Shown piece after piece: positions 62,494 to 64,000 of a DNA stretch of 64,000 nucleotides (the first letter of the stretch is position 1; each line of letters starts with the position of its first letter). The notes under the pieces were generated by a model. It saw nothing but the letters and a program-made list of their open reading frames with translations, made no database searches and had not been told where the DNA came from. The DNA is from Chara braunii. Taxonomy: Eukaryota > Plantae > Charophyceae. The DNA lies in contig BFEA01000018.1 in NCBI GenBank assembly GCA_003427395.1, positions 2,249,722 through 2,313,721 of the forward strand, in the 5' to 3' direction. Position numbers and translations under genes: made by a program.

Positions 62494-62975
62494 AGCAAAG
62501 AAAAACACGCTCCTGAGATTGAGTAGGAACTGATTGATGCAAAGATTCAAATTCATTCAATAGACATTTTCGCAACAACAAGAAAGAGAAAACAACACTA
62601 ACCAACAGATGCAATTCGTTATCTGATGCAAAGATTCAAAAGACAGTTCACAACAACAGAGAAAGGGGAAACAACACACTAACAGTTCGCAACAACGCAT
62701 TTAGAAATGCCGTGAATAGTACTGATCACTGATTAGTAATCACACCGTAAAACTCAGTCTTTACCGAATGCGAAGAGTACTGATCTATGGACTAAAACAG
62801 TGCACTAAGCACTTGATGAAACAAATGAAGAAGTAAAAGAGCCCTGGTGTGAGCCCTTCGCCATAATTCTGCTAGTAGTGCAGAAGTTTCTCCCTTTCTG
62901 CTGCTTCCAAGCAGCTTCCCCCTCAATGCTGTTGTTGAGGCCTGTCAGCTCAAAACATGAGATAGAGACGGGAGA

Positions 62976-63071
62976 CAGTCACATGCCTTGCTAATCATGT
63001 CCTATTGATTCCCATTCGTGGATTCGTTGTGATGAGAATCAATAGGACATGATTGGCAAGGCCTGTGACTG
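62976..63071. repeat. Imperfect ~40-bp inverted repeat (hairpin)
   Basis: cagtcacatgccttgctaatcatgtcctattgattc / gaatcaataggacatgattggcaaggcctgtgactg. Confidence 0.88.
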
Positions 63072-63117
63072 GATTCTCATTCGTGGATTCGTTGTGTATT
63101 AGGGTTACCATTCACAC

Positions 63118-63285
63118 GAGGAAGGAAATGAACTATGGAAAGAAAAACAGGTGCAGTACTGACCGGCATCCCTGTGGAGGGCATACTCCATCATCATGAG
63201 GAAGGAAATGAACTATGGATAGTATGGAAAGGAAAAAAGGTGCAGTACCGACCGGCATCCCTGTGGAGGGCATACTCCATCATCA
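63118..63285 (+). repeat. Tandem duplication (~80-bp unit)
   Basis: gaggaaggaaatgaactatgga...catccctgtggagggcatactccatcatca occurs twice. Confidence 0.85.
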
Positions 63286-64000
63286 AGGTGATGATCGTTC
63301 ATGGACTCTCGCTCCAGATGCTCTGGCACTCCGCCTCGACAGAGTAGGAGTTCATCCAAGTCATCAATAGCATGATGATTTGTCAGAATATCGCCTTATT
63401 AACCTGCAGAAAATTACACCAAAAATTCCAGAGGGCGGTTAGCTTATTGCATACCAAAATCCCTTAAAAAAAAGACATTAGATCACCACAAGGAACCCAC
63501 CAATTTGAGGTCTTCAGTCCAGTCTAGTCCAATCACAACGACGAATCCACGAAAGAAACTCGGACCTGAAGACGCACTGGCACACTAACAGAAGACCATA
63601 TCCATTACGCAATCCCTTCAATAGATGAGAAGCAAACAAGTCTCATCTTTATCAACGAGTCGGAAGTTTTGAATTTTGTTAATCAATGCTGATCAGGGAT
63701 CCTTCCGCCAGACGGAAAGATGCGTGAGTGGGTATATGATGTAATACTGCTAATTTGACTTGTCGGGGGAATAGGAACCGGACCGACACTCCCCAGAATG
63801 GATATGGAGCCAGGACCATAAGGGCCTGTTTTTTTTTTTGGTGTAAAAAAAGGGGGGGAAAAAAAAAGAAAGGTTTGAATTTTGAAACCTGCCCTCGTTA
63901 CCATCTGCTCAGAGAGGTCAAGCACCCCACAAACAGATACAGGCCAGGGGGGGTTCTCTACGTGGCCACGCTGTCAACAAGACAAGAAAGGTCCCAAATA

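Noticed and set aside
63276-63402. Upstream coding exon of the TRFL gene
   Set aside because: Splice-like ends, but all three frames have early stops. At most a 5' UTR exon.

Overview
Repeat-rich eukaryotic nuclear DNA from a draft assembly (four N gaps, two embedded Nextera mate-pair junction adapters). It is most consistent with a streptophyte alga such as Chara, inferred from the Ty3/gypsy RNase H remnant, the plant-type gene and an organelle-type trnN/group II intron fragment. One protein-coding gene is well supported: a minus-strand, multi-exon plant TRP/TRFL-type telomere-repeat-binding protein (ubiquitin-like domain plus C-terminal telobox Myb and Myb-extension). It spans about 33.1-58.9 kb, and my hand-built exon chain closes in frame at about 1,678 aa. 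The rest is transposon-derived: an internally deleted and partly inverted L1/Tx1-like LINE, LINE 3' ends with a covarying hairpin, tRNA-derived SINE heads, Tc1/mariner, hAT, PIF/Harbinger and TTAA-type MITEs, a gypsy remnant, two degenerate multi-PHD-finger elements, satellites and microsatellites. The most unusual items are a Harbinger MITE carrying a triplicated organellar tRNA-Asn half plus group II intron 5' end, the PHD-finger element family, and a duplicated partial last exon that could truncate the telobox protein. All calls were made by eye without database searches.
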